IMG/VR virus record: IMGVR_UViG_3300009181_000072
Coordinates: 1,916 to 65,915 of that record
DNA: 64,000 bases
Reading direction: 5' to 3' (one strand)
Origin: a virus
Lineage: Duplodnaviria > Caudoviricetes
The translations under genes were made by a program, and so were the position numbers. Positions 1-9,352 of this stretch are shown one piece after another (positions within the stretch are counted from its first letter, which is position 1; each line of letters opens with the position of its first letter). The notes beneath the pieces are model-generated. The model did no database searches and was not told the origin of the DNA. It saw only the letters and a list, made by a program, of their open reading frames with translations.

Positions 1-441
1 CAGCTTACAGCTGACAAGGCCCAGGAACATACCGTGCCAACCTCGCTGGCACTCGCTGTCGTGACGTATGAGAGTAGTTGGAATGCGAGAGTCCTGAGTC
101 AAGGTAACTATGGTCTGGGTCAGATCAGGTGCGGTACGGCTAAAGGAATCGGACTCAAGGGCAAGTGTGCATCCTTGTTAACACCAGAGGTCAATCTAGA
201 GTACAGCATGATCTATCTGCGCATGGCGTTAGATGAAGCTGACAACGATTGGTGTACTGCGTTAACCTTGTACAATCGCGGATTAAATGCAGTAGTACCT
301 AAGAAACCAACTAGATACTGCCGCGATATCATGAAGCTTGCAACTGACATAACTGGTTCTGGTGTGCTGATTTTTGATCGTCAAACATATATTATACGTT
401 CCAGCAGCATAAGCTTTGTGCGATATGCAGTAGTTAGGTAA
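1..441 (+). CDS. Lytic transglycosylase (SLT-family), 5'-truncated by the window edge
   Basis: Motifs AVVTYESSWN (catalytic ES), YGLGQI and ALTLYNRG; the frame is open from base 1, so the true start lies upstream. Confidence 0.75.
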   Translation, partial: QLTADKAQEHTVPTSLALAVVTYESSWNARVLSQGNYGLGQIRCGTAKGIGLKGKCASLLTPEVNLEYSMIYLRMALDEADNDWCTALTLYNRGLNAVVPKKPTRYCRDIMKLATDITGSGVLIFDRQTYIIRSSSISFVRYAVVR

Positions 442-460
442 CCATCGACCTCATCTTAGC

Positions 461-468
461 GATAAATA
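461..468 (+). promoter_or_regulatory. T4-type late promoter variant (GATAAATA)
   Basis: NNTAAATA motif just upstream of the RBS (GGAGA) and ATG of the neck gene; recurs before many structural genes. Confidence 0.65.
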
Positions 469-486
469 TCACGAGGGAGATATCAC

Positions 487-1239
487 ATGGCCACTCCGCT
501 ACAGCAAGAAATCATAGACGAAGTCCAGTTGATGTTGGGCGGCGGCATGGTCGACATTGAACTTGATCCAAATCATTACACTACTGCGCTCAAACTAAGC
601 TTTGATAGGTATAGGCAACGCAGCGGTAACGCAGACGAAGAAAGCTATCTGTTTCTACGTCTCGAAAACAACATCACTGAGTATTATCTACCAGACAATG
701 TAGTGTCAGTAAGGCAGCTGTTCCGTCGTGGTCTAGGTGGTATCACTGGTGGTACGCAGATCGATCCGTTCAGTTTGGCCTACACTAACCTGTATCTGTT
801 GCAGGCTGGTGCTGGCGGCGGATACAGCGCAGGACTGTTGACATACGAACTGTTCTACGAATATCTTGATCAAGCAGGGCGCATGTTTGGACGCGACATC
901 AACTTTACGTTTGACACTGTTACCAAACGTTTGAGCATTGTGCGTCGACCTAGCGGCAATGAACAGATCTTAATATGGGCATACATGTATCGTCCAGACG
1001 ATGTGATACTGCGCGACCCATTTGCTCGTCCTTGGATCAGAGATTACACGTTAGCTTGGTGCCAGCGCATGCTAGGCGAAGCTTATAGCAAGTTTCAAAG
1101 CATTGCAGGACCTCAAGGCGGGACCACTCTTAAAGGTACAGAACTCAAGCAAGAAGCTGCTGCAACCATGGAAAAATTGGAAAAAGACATCGATCTCTAT
1201 ATCGACAATGCAATGCCGCTTGGCATCATCATTGGTTAA
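487..1239 (+). CDS. Neck protein (T4 gp13-like)
   Basis: LGGGMVDIEL, EYYLPDNVVSV, WIRDYTLA, GEAYSKF..I.GPQGGTTL.G motifs; 250 aa; upstream of sheath. Confidence 0.8.
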   Translation: MATPLQQEIIDEVQLMLGGGMVDIELDPNHYTTALKLSFDRYRQRSGNADEESYLFLRLENNITEYYLPDNVVSVRQLFRRGLGGITGGTQIDPFSLAYTNLYLLQAGAGGGYSAGLLTYELFYEYLDQAGRMFGRDINFTFDTVTKRLSIVRRPSGNEQILIWAYMYRPDDVILRDPFARPWIRDYTLAWCQRMLGEAYSKFQSIAGPQGGTTLKGTELKQEAAATMEKLEKDIDLYIDNAMPLGIIIG

Positions 1240-1814
1240 ATCCAAAGATCTTTCAATGCAGCTTTGCCAGCATTAGTTAGCTTGTCAGTTCCTAACACTG
1301 TGTACACACCATCTGGTGCTGGCACAGTATCAGTCCTGGACCATTGTTGCTGCCACCGCCACCACGATTCGCTTTTCATGTCAAACATGAATAGTTCACA
1401 GAGGCCGATTGGTTCTTGATCATACAAGAACCTGTCTACATACATCTGTGCTGTCCACGCAACATCGGTACCAATCTTCAATAGGCTGGCATCTTGTGTG
1501 AACAAACCAAACACATAGATGCAGTGCGTCCAACGAGCTATCCACATATCTCGTCGCAGTGCATTGTCTGCTGATAGCTGTTGTCTAGGCCACGATCTAT
1601 GCATGCTCTTGTTAGCACGCAGCAGATACCGATTCGCGTCTTTCAAATGCTCAATATCTAGCATGTAGCGATGATTATCAACAGTATCAAGTCCGGACCC
1701 GGGATAGGTAACAGTGCTCACAGTATGTCCAACCAACGCGGCTTTTTCTGCAGCAATCATGCTAGCTGGATTTTCGCTGCCATCAAACAACATGATAGAC
1801 TCTGATGCGTGCAT
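1236..1814 (-). CDS. Hypothetical protein
   Basis: 192-aa ORF with AAGGA RBS, downstream of dNMP kinase, convergent 4-bp overlap with neck gene. Confidence 0.6.
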   Translation of the reverse strand: MHASESIMLFDGSENPASMIAAEKAALVGHTVSTVTYPGSGLDTVDNHRYMLDIEHLKDANRYLLRANKSMHRSWPRQQLSADNALRRDMWIARWTHCIYVFGLFTQDASLLKIGTDVAWTAQMYVDRFLYDQEPIGLCELFMFDMKSESWWRWQQQWSRTDTVPAPDGVYTVLGTDKLTNAGKAALKDLWI

Positions 1815-1836
1815 TTGATATCCTTCTAATACAGTT

Positions 1837-2463
1837 TTATTTACGTCTAGGTAACAAGTGTTCAGCGATACGATACAACTTGAACCAAGTTAACACGTTA
1901 TCTCTGAGATCGTCAAGCGACCCATCGTTTTCGATGATCGCATCAAAGTCGCAACGTGCCCACTCCCATTCGCTAGGATGTACATCAGTTGGTATGATAT
2001 TATGGTTTTGATATTGTCGAAACCACTCCGGGTCGTTGCCTCGTTTAACTTGCCAAACTTGCCCGCCTAGCTTGCGTATGACAGTTGCTTCATTCGGAAA
2101 TCTCGTATCTGGTATTACATAATTTTTCTCTGGATCGCGCATCTTGTTCTCAATGCTTGCAACCCAGATGTCCTGATGGAAGCCATGCCTACAGACTTCT
2201 GTGCCCCATACTTGCAGCACCCAACGTGGGGTGAGATCTGGCATACCTAATCTTTTAGCCCACCAATCATCAACTTGTTCTCGCCATTCTCTGCTTTCAA
2301 TAGTATCGCCTTCTAGCAGATATCTTGGCCAGTTAAACACTGCAGCCACTGCATCCTTGAGACTGTCAGCAAAACTGACCTTTATAAATTGGTGCTCTTT
2401 TTCGAGCATGTCTGCCACAGTACCTTTACCGCTGCCTATCAGTCCGCATATGCCAATGATCAT
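1837..2463 (-). CDS. Deoxynucleoside monophosphate kinase (T4 gp1-like)
   Basis: MIIGICGLIGSGKGT P-loop, SFADSLKD, TPRWVLQVWGTEVCR, VIPDTRFPNE; start reassigned to ATG 2463 after GGAG RBS. Confidence 0.9.
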   Translation of the reverse strand: MIIGICGLIGSGKGTVADMLEKEHQFIKVSFADSLKDAVAAVFNWPRYLLEGDTIESREWREQVDDWWAKRLGMPDLTPRWVLQVWGTEVCRHGFHQDIWVASIENKMRDPEKNYVIPDTRFPNEATVIRKLGGQVWQVKRGNDPEWFRQYQNHNIIPTDVHPSEWEWARCDFDAIIENDGSLDDLRDNVLTWFKLYRIAEHLLPRRK

Positions 2464-2481
2464 CGTGTTCTCCGTCTTAAC

Positions 2482-2510
2482 ATAATAGCATATTTTTGCT
2501 AGCCGATCAA
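2482..2510 (-). promoter_or_regulatory. Sigma70-like promoter for dNMP kinase
   Basis: Minus strand TTGATC-N17-TATTAT. Confidence 0.6.
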
Positions 2511-2563
2511 GTGGTTTGATCTTCGACTGCATGGTACAAATTATGGTTTTTTACTGCGGTGCT

Positions 2564-2571
2564 GATAAATA
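2564..2571 (+). promoter_or_regulatory. Late promoter (GATAAATA) for tail sheath
   Basis: Motif ~33 nt upstream of sheath ATG 2604. Confidence 0.65.
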
Positions 2572-2603
2572 GAATCAGCACACATCCAACGGAGATTTCC
2601 AAT

Positions 2604-5600
2604 ATGGCCACTTTAGTATCACCAGGCGTTAGCGTAACAGTTAGTGATGAAAGCGCATATGCCAGCGCAGGACTCGGAACTATACCTCTAATAATGATAG
2701 CAACTGGTGCAGACAAACTACAACCCGGTAGCAGTTCAGTCTATGCACCGGGTACAACTGCTGCAAATGCTAACCAATTATACCTCATCAGCAGCCAGCG
2801 TTATCTGGTACAGACATTTGGAGTTCCAACATTTTACACCACAGCGGGTACACCTCAATATGATAACCAGCTGAATGAACTAGGTTTGTTTACTGCATAT
2901 CAATATCTTGGTATTGCAAATACGGCATATGTGCTCAGAGGGGATGTAGATCTCACACAGATGGTACCGACCACAACTGAGCCAACTGGAGAAGCAGCAG
3001 TTAATCAATATTGGTTTGATACGTCGCAGTCAACTTGGGGAATATTCACTAGCAACGGTAACGTTAACAGCGCACTGAGCTGGGCAGCTAAGACTCCAAC
3101 TGTGTTAACATCAGCTACATATCTCGAGAACATTGTGCAGGGTACTTCAACTGGTACTAGCGCCAGTACAGCACTAATAACGGTATCCAACAATCTAGTC
3201 ATTAACGGTACTGTGATTGCACTTACAACTGGTATGAGCCTCAGCGATGTTGCTAGCGCAATCAATAATTCAGTGATCCATCAGAATGGCATATCGGCAG
3301 TTATCTATGCTCGTACAGGTAAACCAGATGTGCAGGTTACTGCGATCGCCGACATGTACTATCTGCGCATAGTAAGCAGCGATATTGATACGTCTATTGT
3401 TCTAACTAGCTCAAATGCTACCATACTCACCAATCTTGGTTTTGCAAGTACATCGCCCGTCAATTACATAGTACCTGCTGCAGCATTTGGCACATCTGGT
3501 AGTTTTGTAGTAGACGCATACAGTACCAATCAATATGACAGTTTGAAAAAGAACAGCATATGGCAGAAGATCACGCAGACCACTCTAAACGGCGACACTG
3601 CTGCATGGTGGTTCAAAGTTGGTAGTACCGATGCTAGCTATCCGGGTTGGGGTTGGCAAGAAGCAACGCCGCGAGTGATCACAGGATCTGTTGTTAATCC
3701 AACATTTACTGCATTGAGTTCATGCACTATCAGCATTGGCGGCGCTAGCCCAATTACCATAACGTTACCCGGTACAACACTAGCGTCGTTTGTTGCAGAA
3801 ATTAATGCCGAACTCGACAATGCTAGCTACAATGCATATGCATCTATAACAACTTCTGGTAATAACAACTATCTAACCATAACCAACTATGACAGCACTG
3901 ACACATATTTCAATGACATCAGCAACCAAGCTGATCTCACACACCCGTGGCAAACTGCAGGTATGCCTATTACCCAGACCTATTACGGTAGTGTAACAGG
4001 TACCGTTGCCAATCCTAGCTATGTGGCTGCAACGCTGTCAGTTGGCAGTGCTGTAACAGTTGCACCAGGCACTGGTTACATAGTTGGTGATACCCTCAAT
4101 GTTGTTGGCGGTACAAGTTCGGTGGCCGCACAGTTGGCTGTGGCCAGCGTGAAAGTGATAGCTGCATCAATATCTGCTACAGGTAGCGGTTATGCGGCCG
4201 CCGACAGGCTGACTTTCAGCACTGGCAATACCAGCCCAGTTGTATTAGAAGTTGACACTGTAGATGGTAGTGGTGGAATACTTACACTATCAATAGTCAG
4301 CGGTGGACAGCGTGCGGCTGCGAATCCAAGCAACCCTGTAACTCCAAATTCAACTAGCGGCAGCGGTATCAGCGCTACAGTAACACTGGGCTGGACAGTT
4401 AACACAGTAACTGTGTTAACAGCGGGAGTATACACTGTGGCTCCGACCAACCCAGTAACGGTCACTGGCGGCAGCGGTTCTGCTGCTACGTTCAATGTGA
4501 CCATGGCATTCCTTACTAGCAATACGTTTAGCATAGATCCTGGCACTGGCACTGCTGTAACCATAAATGTTCCCGCTAGTCCAAACAACACTCTAGCAGG
4601 TGTAGTTGCTGCGATCAATACTGCATTCCCAAGTGGTCCTATCGTAGCTAGCGTTGCAACGGGTAACTATCTAAAGATAACCAACTCTAACGCTACGCAG
4701 TTTGTCCTCAAGGATATCAGCGGTACACCGTTAGCTGGTTCTGGTATAGAGGTTGGCTATGTGTTTGGCCGAGAGCTGGTGTATCAAGGTTATTACCCAA
4801 CACTGACTGTGCCTAGCACGCTAGCACAGACTGCAGCTACCAACGTTTGGATAAACACTACTGCACAAGACCGTGGCACCAGCTTGGTGGTAAAGAAATA
4901 TAACGGTACTGTTTGGGTACAGCAAAACACAAATCCAAACAGCGGTACTGTACCATTGTACAGCAGCGATGCTGTGGCCAATGCTGCATTTGGTGCTAAC
5001 AAGACAATAGGCACGGTGTATGCACGCTATGACAGCGACGGCAATATACCGCCAGAAGCAAACATGGTCCTGTACTATTGGGATGGTAGTGCGTGGGTAT
5101 CGTTAACATATACTGCTGGAGCAACTGCGCCTGCTGGTGCACCTGCTAATGGTACGCTGTGGTATAATACCGATCTACAAGTTGATATCATGGTTGGCGA
5201 TGGACAGATTTGGCAAGGCTACAGAGAAGCATACCCTGCAACTGATCCAAATGGTCCAATCATCAGTGGTAGCCAACCAACAGAACAAAGCGATGGCACG
5301 CCACTTGTAACCAACGATATCTGGGTTGATTCGGCAGTTGAACCATACCCACAGATATATCGGTACGATGGCACCTCAAGCACATTTGCGTTGGTAGACA
5401 ACACTGACCACAGTAGCCCGTCAGGCATCATATTCAATGATGCACGTTGGAACGACGATGGTAAGACCACAGGAAGCCAAGCACCTAGTGCTATGGTGAT
5501 CAGCGATTATGTAGACAGTGATGCACCAAATGCAGAACTGTATCCAAGTGGTATGATGTTGTTCAACACACGTTACAGCACATATAACGTGAAAGAATAC

Positions 5601-6674
5601 ATGGTAGACTACTTCCCCGACGTTGATACCGCTGCAGGATATGATCCAAATGCATGGGTTACTGCTAGCGGTAACCGCCCGGATGGTACTCCGTACATGG
5701 GATCTAGTGCTCAGCGCAGGATGGTAGTGCAAGCACTACAAGCATCGTTGGTTAGCAATCAAGCTATCAGAGGCGATGCGATCAACTTCAACTTGCTAGC
5801 AACTCCTGGATACATTGAGTGCTTAGACGAGATGGTTACACTGAATACTGATCGTAAGAATACTGCGTTCATTATCGGTGACCCGCCCGGCGAATTGCCA
5901 GCAGATACTACTAGCTTGCAAGCATGGGCAACTAATGCCAATAACGCAGCACTAAATGGTCCAGATGGATTGATCACTACATCACCGTATGCAGGTATAT
6001 ATTACCCATGGGCACTGAGCACTAACCTAGACGGTAACAACGTGTTTGTACCGCCAAGTGAAATGGCACTGCGCACATATGCATACAATGACCAAGTAGC
6101 TTACCCATGGTTTGCACCAGCAGGCTTTAACCGCGGATTGGTTACTGGAGTTGAGAGTGTTGGTTACCTCAAGTCAGATGGTACATATCAACCAGTGAGC
6201 TTGAACCAAGGGCAGCGAGATGTGTTGTATGTCAACAAAATTAACCCAATCAGTTTCATACCTGGGCGCGGTTTGGTAATATTTGGACAGAAGACATTGA
6301 ACCCAATTGCAACTGCTCTAGACAGAGTAAACGTTGCACGTTTGATCAACTATTTGGCTTACAACTTGAACACGCTGGCACAACCGTTCTTGTTTGAACC
6401 AAACGATCAACAAACACGTCAAAGTGTGACTAGCACATTTAACAGCTTCATGGGCAATCTAGTTGGCCTGCGTGCATTGTACGACTACGCTGTGGTCTGC
6501 GATACCAGCAACAACACTCCGGCTCGTATCGATGCTAACGAACTCTGGATTGATATTGCTATCAAACCAGAAAAGGCAATTGAGTTCATCTATATACCGA
6601 TCAGGATATTGAACTTGGCTGATCCGTTACCAGGCGGTGCTCAACAGCAGGGTGGCCAGACTGCTATAGCTTAA
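2604..6674 (+). CDS. Contractile tail sheath protein (gp18-like), enlarged by inserted domains (1356 aa)
   Basis: N-term MATLVSPGVSVTVSDES; C-term YPWFAPAGFNRG, QRDVLYVNKINPI, FGQKTL, DRVNVARL, FLFEPND, VVCDTSNNTP..ID.NEL..DIAIKP.KAIEFIYI. Confidence 0.95.
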   Translation: MATLVSPGVSVTVSDESAYASAGLGTIPLIMIATGADKLQPGSSSVYAPGTTAANANQLYLISSQRYLVQTFGVPTFYTTAGTPQYDNQLNELGLFTAYQYLGIANTAYVLRGDVDLTQMVPTTTEPTGEAAVNQYWFDTSQSTWGIFTSNGNVNSALSWAAKTPTVLTSATYLENIVQGTSTGTSASTALITVSNNLVINGTVIALTTGMSLSDVASAINNSVIHQNGISAVIYARTGKPDVQVTAIADMYYLRIVSSDIDTSIVLTSSNATILTNLGFASTSPVNYIVPAAAFGTSGSFVVDAYSTNQYDSLKKNSIWQKITQTTLNGDTAAWWFKVGSTDASYPGWGWQEATPRVITGSVVNPTFTALSSCTISIGGASPITITLPGTTLASFVAEINAELDNASYNAYASITTSGNNNYLTITNYDSTDTYFNDISNQADLTHPWQTAGMPITQTYYGSVTGTVANPSYVAATLSVGSAVTVAPGTGYIVGDTLNVVGGTSSVAAQLAVASVKVIAASISATGSGYAAADRLTFSTGNTSPVVLEVDTVDGSGGILTLSIVSGGQRAAANPSNPVTPNSTSGSGISATVTLGWTVNTVTVLTAGVYTVAPTNPVTVTGGSGSAATFNVTMAFLTSNTFSIDPGTGTAVTINVPASPNNTLAGVVAAINTAFPSGPIVASVATGNYLKITNSNATQFVLKDISGTPLAGSGIEVGYVFGRELVYQGYYPTLTVPSTLAQTAATNVWINTTAQDRGTSLVVKKYNGTVWVQQNTNPNSGTVPLYSSDAVANAAFGANKTIGTVYARYDSDGNIPPEANMVLYYWDGSAWVSLTYTAGATAPAGAPANGTLWYNTDLQVDIMVGDGQIWQGYREAYPATDPNGPIISGSQPTEQSDGTPLVTNDIWVDSAVEPYPQIYRYDGTSSTFALVDNTDHSSPSGIIFNDARWNDDGKTTGSQAPSAMVISDYVDSDAPNAELYPSGMMLFNTRYSTYNVKEYMVDYFPDVDTAAGYDPNAWVTASGNRPDGTPYMGSSAQRRMVVQALQASLVSNQAIRGDAINFNLLATPGYIECLDEMVTLNTDRKNTAFIIGDPPGELPADTTSLQAWATNANNAALNGPDGLITTSPYAGIYYPWALSTNLDGNNVFVPPSEMALRTYAYNDQVAYPWFAPAGFNRGLVTGVESVGYLKSDGTYQPVSLNQGQRDVLYVNKINPISFIPGRGLVIFGQKTLNPIATALDRVNVARLINYLAYNLNTLAQPFLFEPNDQQTRQSVTSTFNSFMGNLVGLRALYDYAVVCDTSNNTPARIDANELWIDIAIKPEKAIEFIYIPIRILNLADPLPGGAQQQGGQTAIA

Positions 6675-6721
6675 TAAAAAAAGTAACCCGGGCTGCTAGG
6701 TTTATCTTTGCAATACATTAG

Positions 6722-6756
6722 ACGGCGAGATACATTATTATAATGTATCTCGCCGT
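6722..6756. repeat. Perfect inverted repeat (16-bp arms, 3-nt loop)
   Basis: ACGGCGAGATACATTA-tta-TAATGTATCTCGCCGT; overlaps a possible TTGCAA-N17-TACATT promoter (6708-6736). Confidence 0.85.
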
Positions 6757-6779
6757 AATCTTGACTAAAATATAGTGTC

Positions 6780-8069
6780 ATGACCAAACAACTTGCATCA
6801 AACACTTTCTGCGCTGTACCCTGGGTTGGTATGGCTACTAAACCAAATGGCACAGCCAGAGTCTGCTGCTTAATGTACAGCCACGAAAATCAAGGGATAG
6901 TGTCAGACGATGATAACAATCCTTACAACTTTAGAGATGCTGACTTTGATCAGGTACGCAACGGCGATACATTTAGAGAAATCAGATTGGCATTGCTAAA
7001 TGGTGTAAAACATCCATTGTGCAACACTTGCTGGATAAAAGAAGACGCCGGATCTAACAGTCGCCGCCTGCAAACCAACCGTATCTATAAAGATGAGTTT
7101 ACACTCGATGCCGCTAAACAACATACAGATATCAACGGTCGAACTGATTGGCAACCCAGTTACTGGGATCTGAGATTTGGAAATCTCTGTAATCTAAAAT
7201 GTGTGATGTGCCACCCAAGTAGTAGCAGCCAATGGTATGATGACTATGTCATGTTATACAACGCTGAACAGTACACTGATGGCGGCGCTGTTATCAAACT
7301 GACAAAAAAAGCTAACGGAAAATATGATGCAGGCGGTGCATATGATTGGTGGAAATCTGAACAGTTTTGGAAAACTTTAGAGACTAAGATACCGTATATG
7401 AAGCAGATTTATTTGGTCGGCGGCGAACCAATGCTCATAGAACCTCATTACGAGTTCTTACAGAAGATAATAGATGCCGGTCGTGCAGCCGATATAGTGT
7501 TAGAATACGATACTAACATGACTGCTTTACATGTTCGATCATTTGATCTATGGAAGCATTTTAAAACTATTATACTTAGGACTAGTTTAGAAGACCATAG
7601 TATCCAGAACGATTATATACGGTATCCGTCCAAATGGCATGCTATTGAGAAAAATCTAGACACTATAAGATCTTGGAACGTGTCTAACATACAATGTTCT
7701 AGTTCGACAACCTGGCAGATACTGAACAGTTTCACAATTACCAATCTGCTGGATTATTTTGACAAGACAGATACAGAATATCACGTGCGTATACTTAATT
7801 CGCCGCACTGGTATGATGTCAAGATATTGCCAACACAGCTAAAAGCTTTGCTTATTGAGAAATATACCGCGTGGGCAGGTAGTAACGACAAACGGCAAAA
7901 GAAAATAGCAGTGCTAATAAGCTACTTAAACTCGCATATGGAAACGTATGACGAATCAGCACTTAAACGTTTTATTGCCCTGACAGATAGACTAGACAAA
8001 TCTAGAAACACCAACTGGAAAACAGTATTTCCAGAACTGTATGCTGGCTTAAAATATCTATACGACTGA
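6780..8069 (+). CDS. Radical SAM protein with N-terminal twitch-like Fe-S domain (#1)
   Basis: FCAVPW...CC...CNTCW; CNLKCVMC; GGEP; YDTN; C-term LDKSR. Confidence 0.9.
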   Translation: MTKQLASNTFCAVPWVGMATKPNGTARVCCLMYSHENQGIVSDDDNNPYNFRDADFDQVRNGDTFREIRLALLNGVKHPLCNTCWIKEDAGSNSRRLQTNRIYKDEFTLDAAKQHTDINGRTDWQPSYWDLRFGNLCNLKCVMCHPSSSSQWYDDYVMLYNAEQYTDGGAVIKLTKKANGKYDAGGAYDWWKSEQFWKTLETKIPYMKQIYLVGGEPMLIEPHYEFLQKIIDAGRAADIVLEYDTNMTALHVRSFDLWKHFKTIILRTSLEDHSIQNDYIRYPSKWHAIEKNLDTIRSWNVSNIQCSSSTTWQILNSFTITNLLDYFDKTDTEYHVRILNSPHWYDVKILPTQLKALLIEKYTAWAGSNDKRQKKIAVLISYLNSHMETYDESALKRFIALTDRLDKSRNTNWKTVFPELYAGLKYLYD

Positions 8070-8101
8070 TAATATTATTGTTTGTAGAGTGAGGAAATTA
8101 A

Positions 8102-9352
8102 ATGGATACGGTTAACAAGTCGTCACTAGATAGCAATTCTAAAGTTGTAAATTGGCTGCTCGGTAATAATTTTTGTGCGATGCCGTTTGTGCATGCTGCT
8201 ATAGAATCAAATGGTGATGTTAGAGCATGCTGCATGGCAGATCAATTAGAAGATAACGACGGCAATAGATTGAACATTAATGACCTATCGTTAACAGATG
8301 TATTAGAACATCCGGTATACGTTAAATTCAGAGAATCATTTACTAATAACCAGCAACATCCGTCGTGTGCTGCTTGTTGGAAATCTAATGATATATTTTC
8401 ACCTAGGATAAAATTTAGTGCTGTACCGGCGTTGGATAATTACATGCAAAGTGTAATGTCTGGTGGTAAATTAGATTCCAATCTGTTAAAATTAGAAGTG
8501 AAAGCTGGTAATAGATGCAATCTAAAATGTAGGATATGCGGTCTGATAAACAGTTCTCAATGGTTAAAAGAAACTTACGATTATAATGTACAGCATGGTA
8601 TTACTGTGTTACCTTTTAAAGAAAGTGACGAATATAAATATAATCAACAATGTAAATGGATAGACTCTGACAAGTTTTGGACAGACACCCAAAGCTTAAA
8701 CGATATTCGTGTTGTACACATGATGGGCGGTGAGCCGATGATGATACCAGAACACAAGATATTATTACAGAAACTGCTAGAGTTAAAACATTTTAGTGAG
8801 ATACAAGTATGGTACAATACTAATGCTACCTATGTACCAGATCAAGAGCTTGTTGATATACTCAGCCAATTTAAACAAGTATCAATGTCGTTAAGTATCG
8901 ACGACATCGGTGAACGATTTGAATATCAACGCAAGAATGGTAGCTGGGATACAGTAAACACTGTTCTAGATTTCTTTGAAACTAAAAAAGATGTATGGCA
9001 CGTTGGTATCGATCCGGCAATTAGTATTTTTAATATCATGTATCTAGATGATCTTGTAGAATATTTCACGAGTCGAGGATTTGGTGTATTTGATAATCAT
9101 TTTGTTGATAGTTTGTGGAGCATACGAGCTATTTCTACAGATGCAAAACAAGAGATAATGCAACATTACCAATCTGCTAAACATAAAGATCATCACACTA
9201 TAAAAACTGCATTAGAATATATGCAAACTAACGAGCATACAGACGTTACTGCATCTAATCGCAATGAACGAATTCAATTTTTTGATAAAACTAGGAATGA
9301 GTCGTTCGCTACGACATTTCCAGCGATGGCAAGGATTATGAACTATGAATAA
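8102..9352 (+). CDS. Radical SAM protein with N-terminal twitch-like domain (#2)
   Basis: FCAMPF...CC...CAACW; CNLKCRIC; GGEP; YNTN; SID. Confidence 0.9.
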   Translation: MDTVNKSSLDSNSKVVNWLLGNNFCAMPFVHAAIESNGDVRACCMADQLEDNDGNRLNINDLSLTDVLEHPVYVKFRESFTNNQQHPSCAACWKSNDIFSPRIKFSAVPALDNYMQSVMSGGKLDSNLLKLEVKAGNRCNLKCRICGLINSSQWLKETYDYNVQHGITVLPFKESDEYKYNQQCKWIDSDKFWTDTQSLNDIRVVHMMGGEPMMIPEHKILLQKLLELKHFSEIQVWYNTNATYVPDQELVDILSQFKQVSMSLSIDDIGERFEYQRKNGSWDTVNTVLDFFETKKDVWHVGIDPAISIFNIMYLDDLVEYFTSRGFGVFDNHFVDSLWSIRAISTDAKQEIMQHYQSAKHKDHHTIKTALEYMQTNEHTDVTASNRNERIQFFDKTRNESFATTFPAMARIMNYE

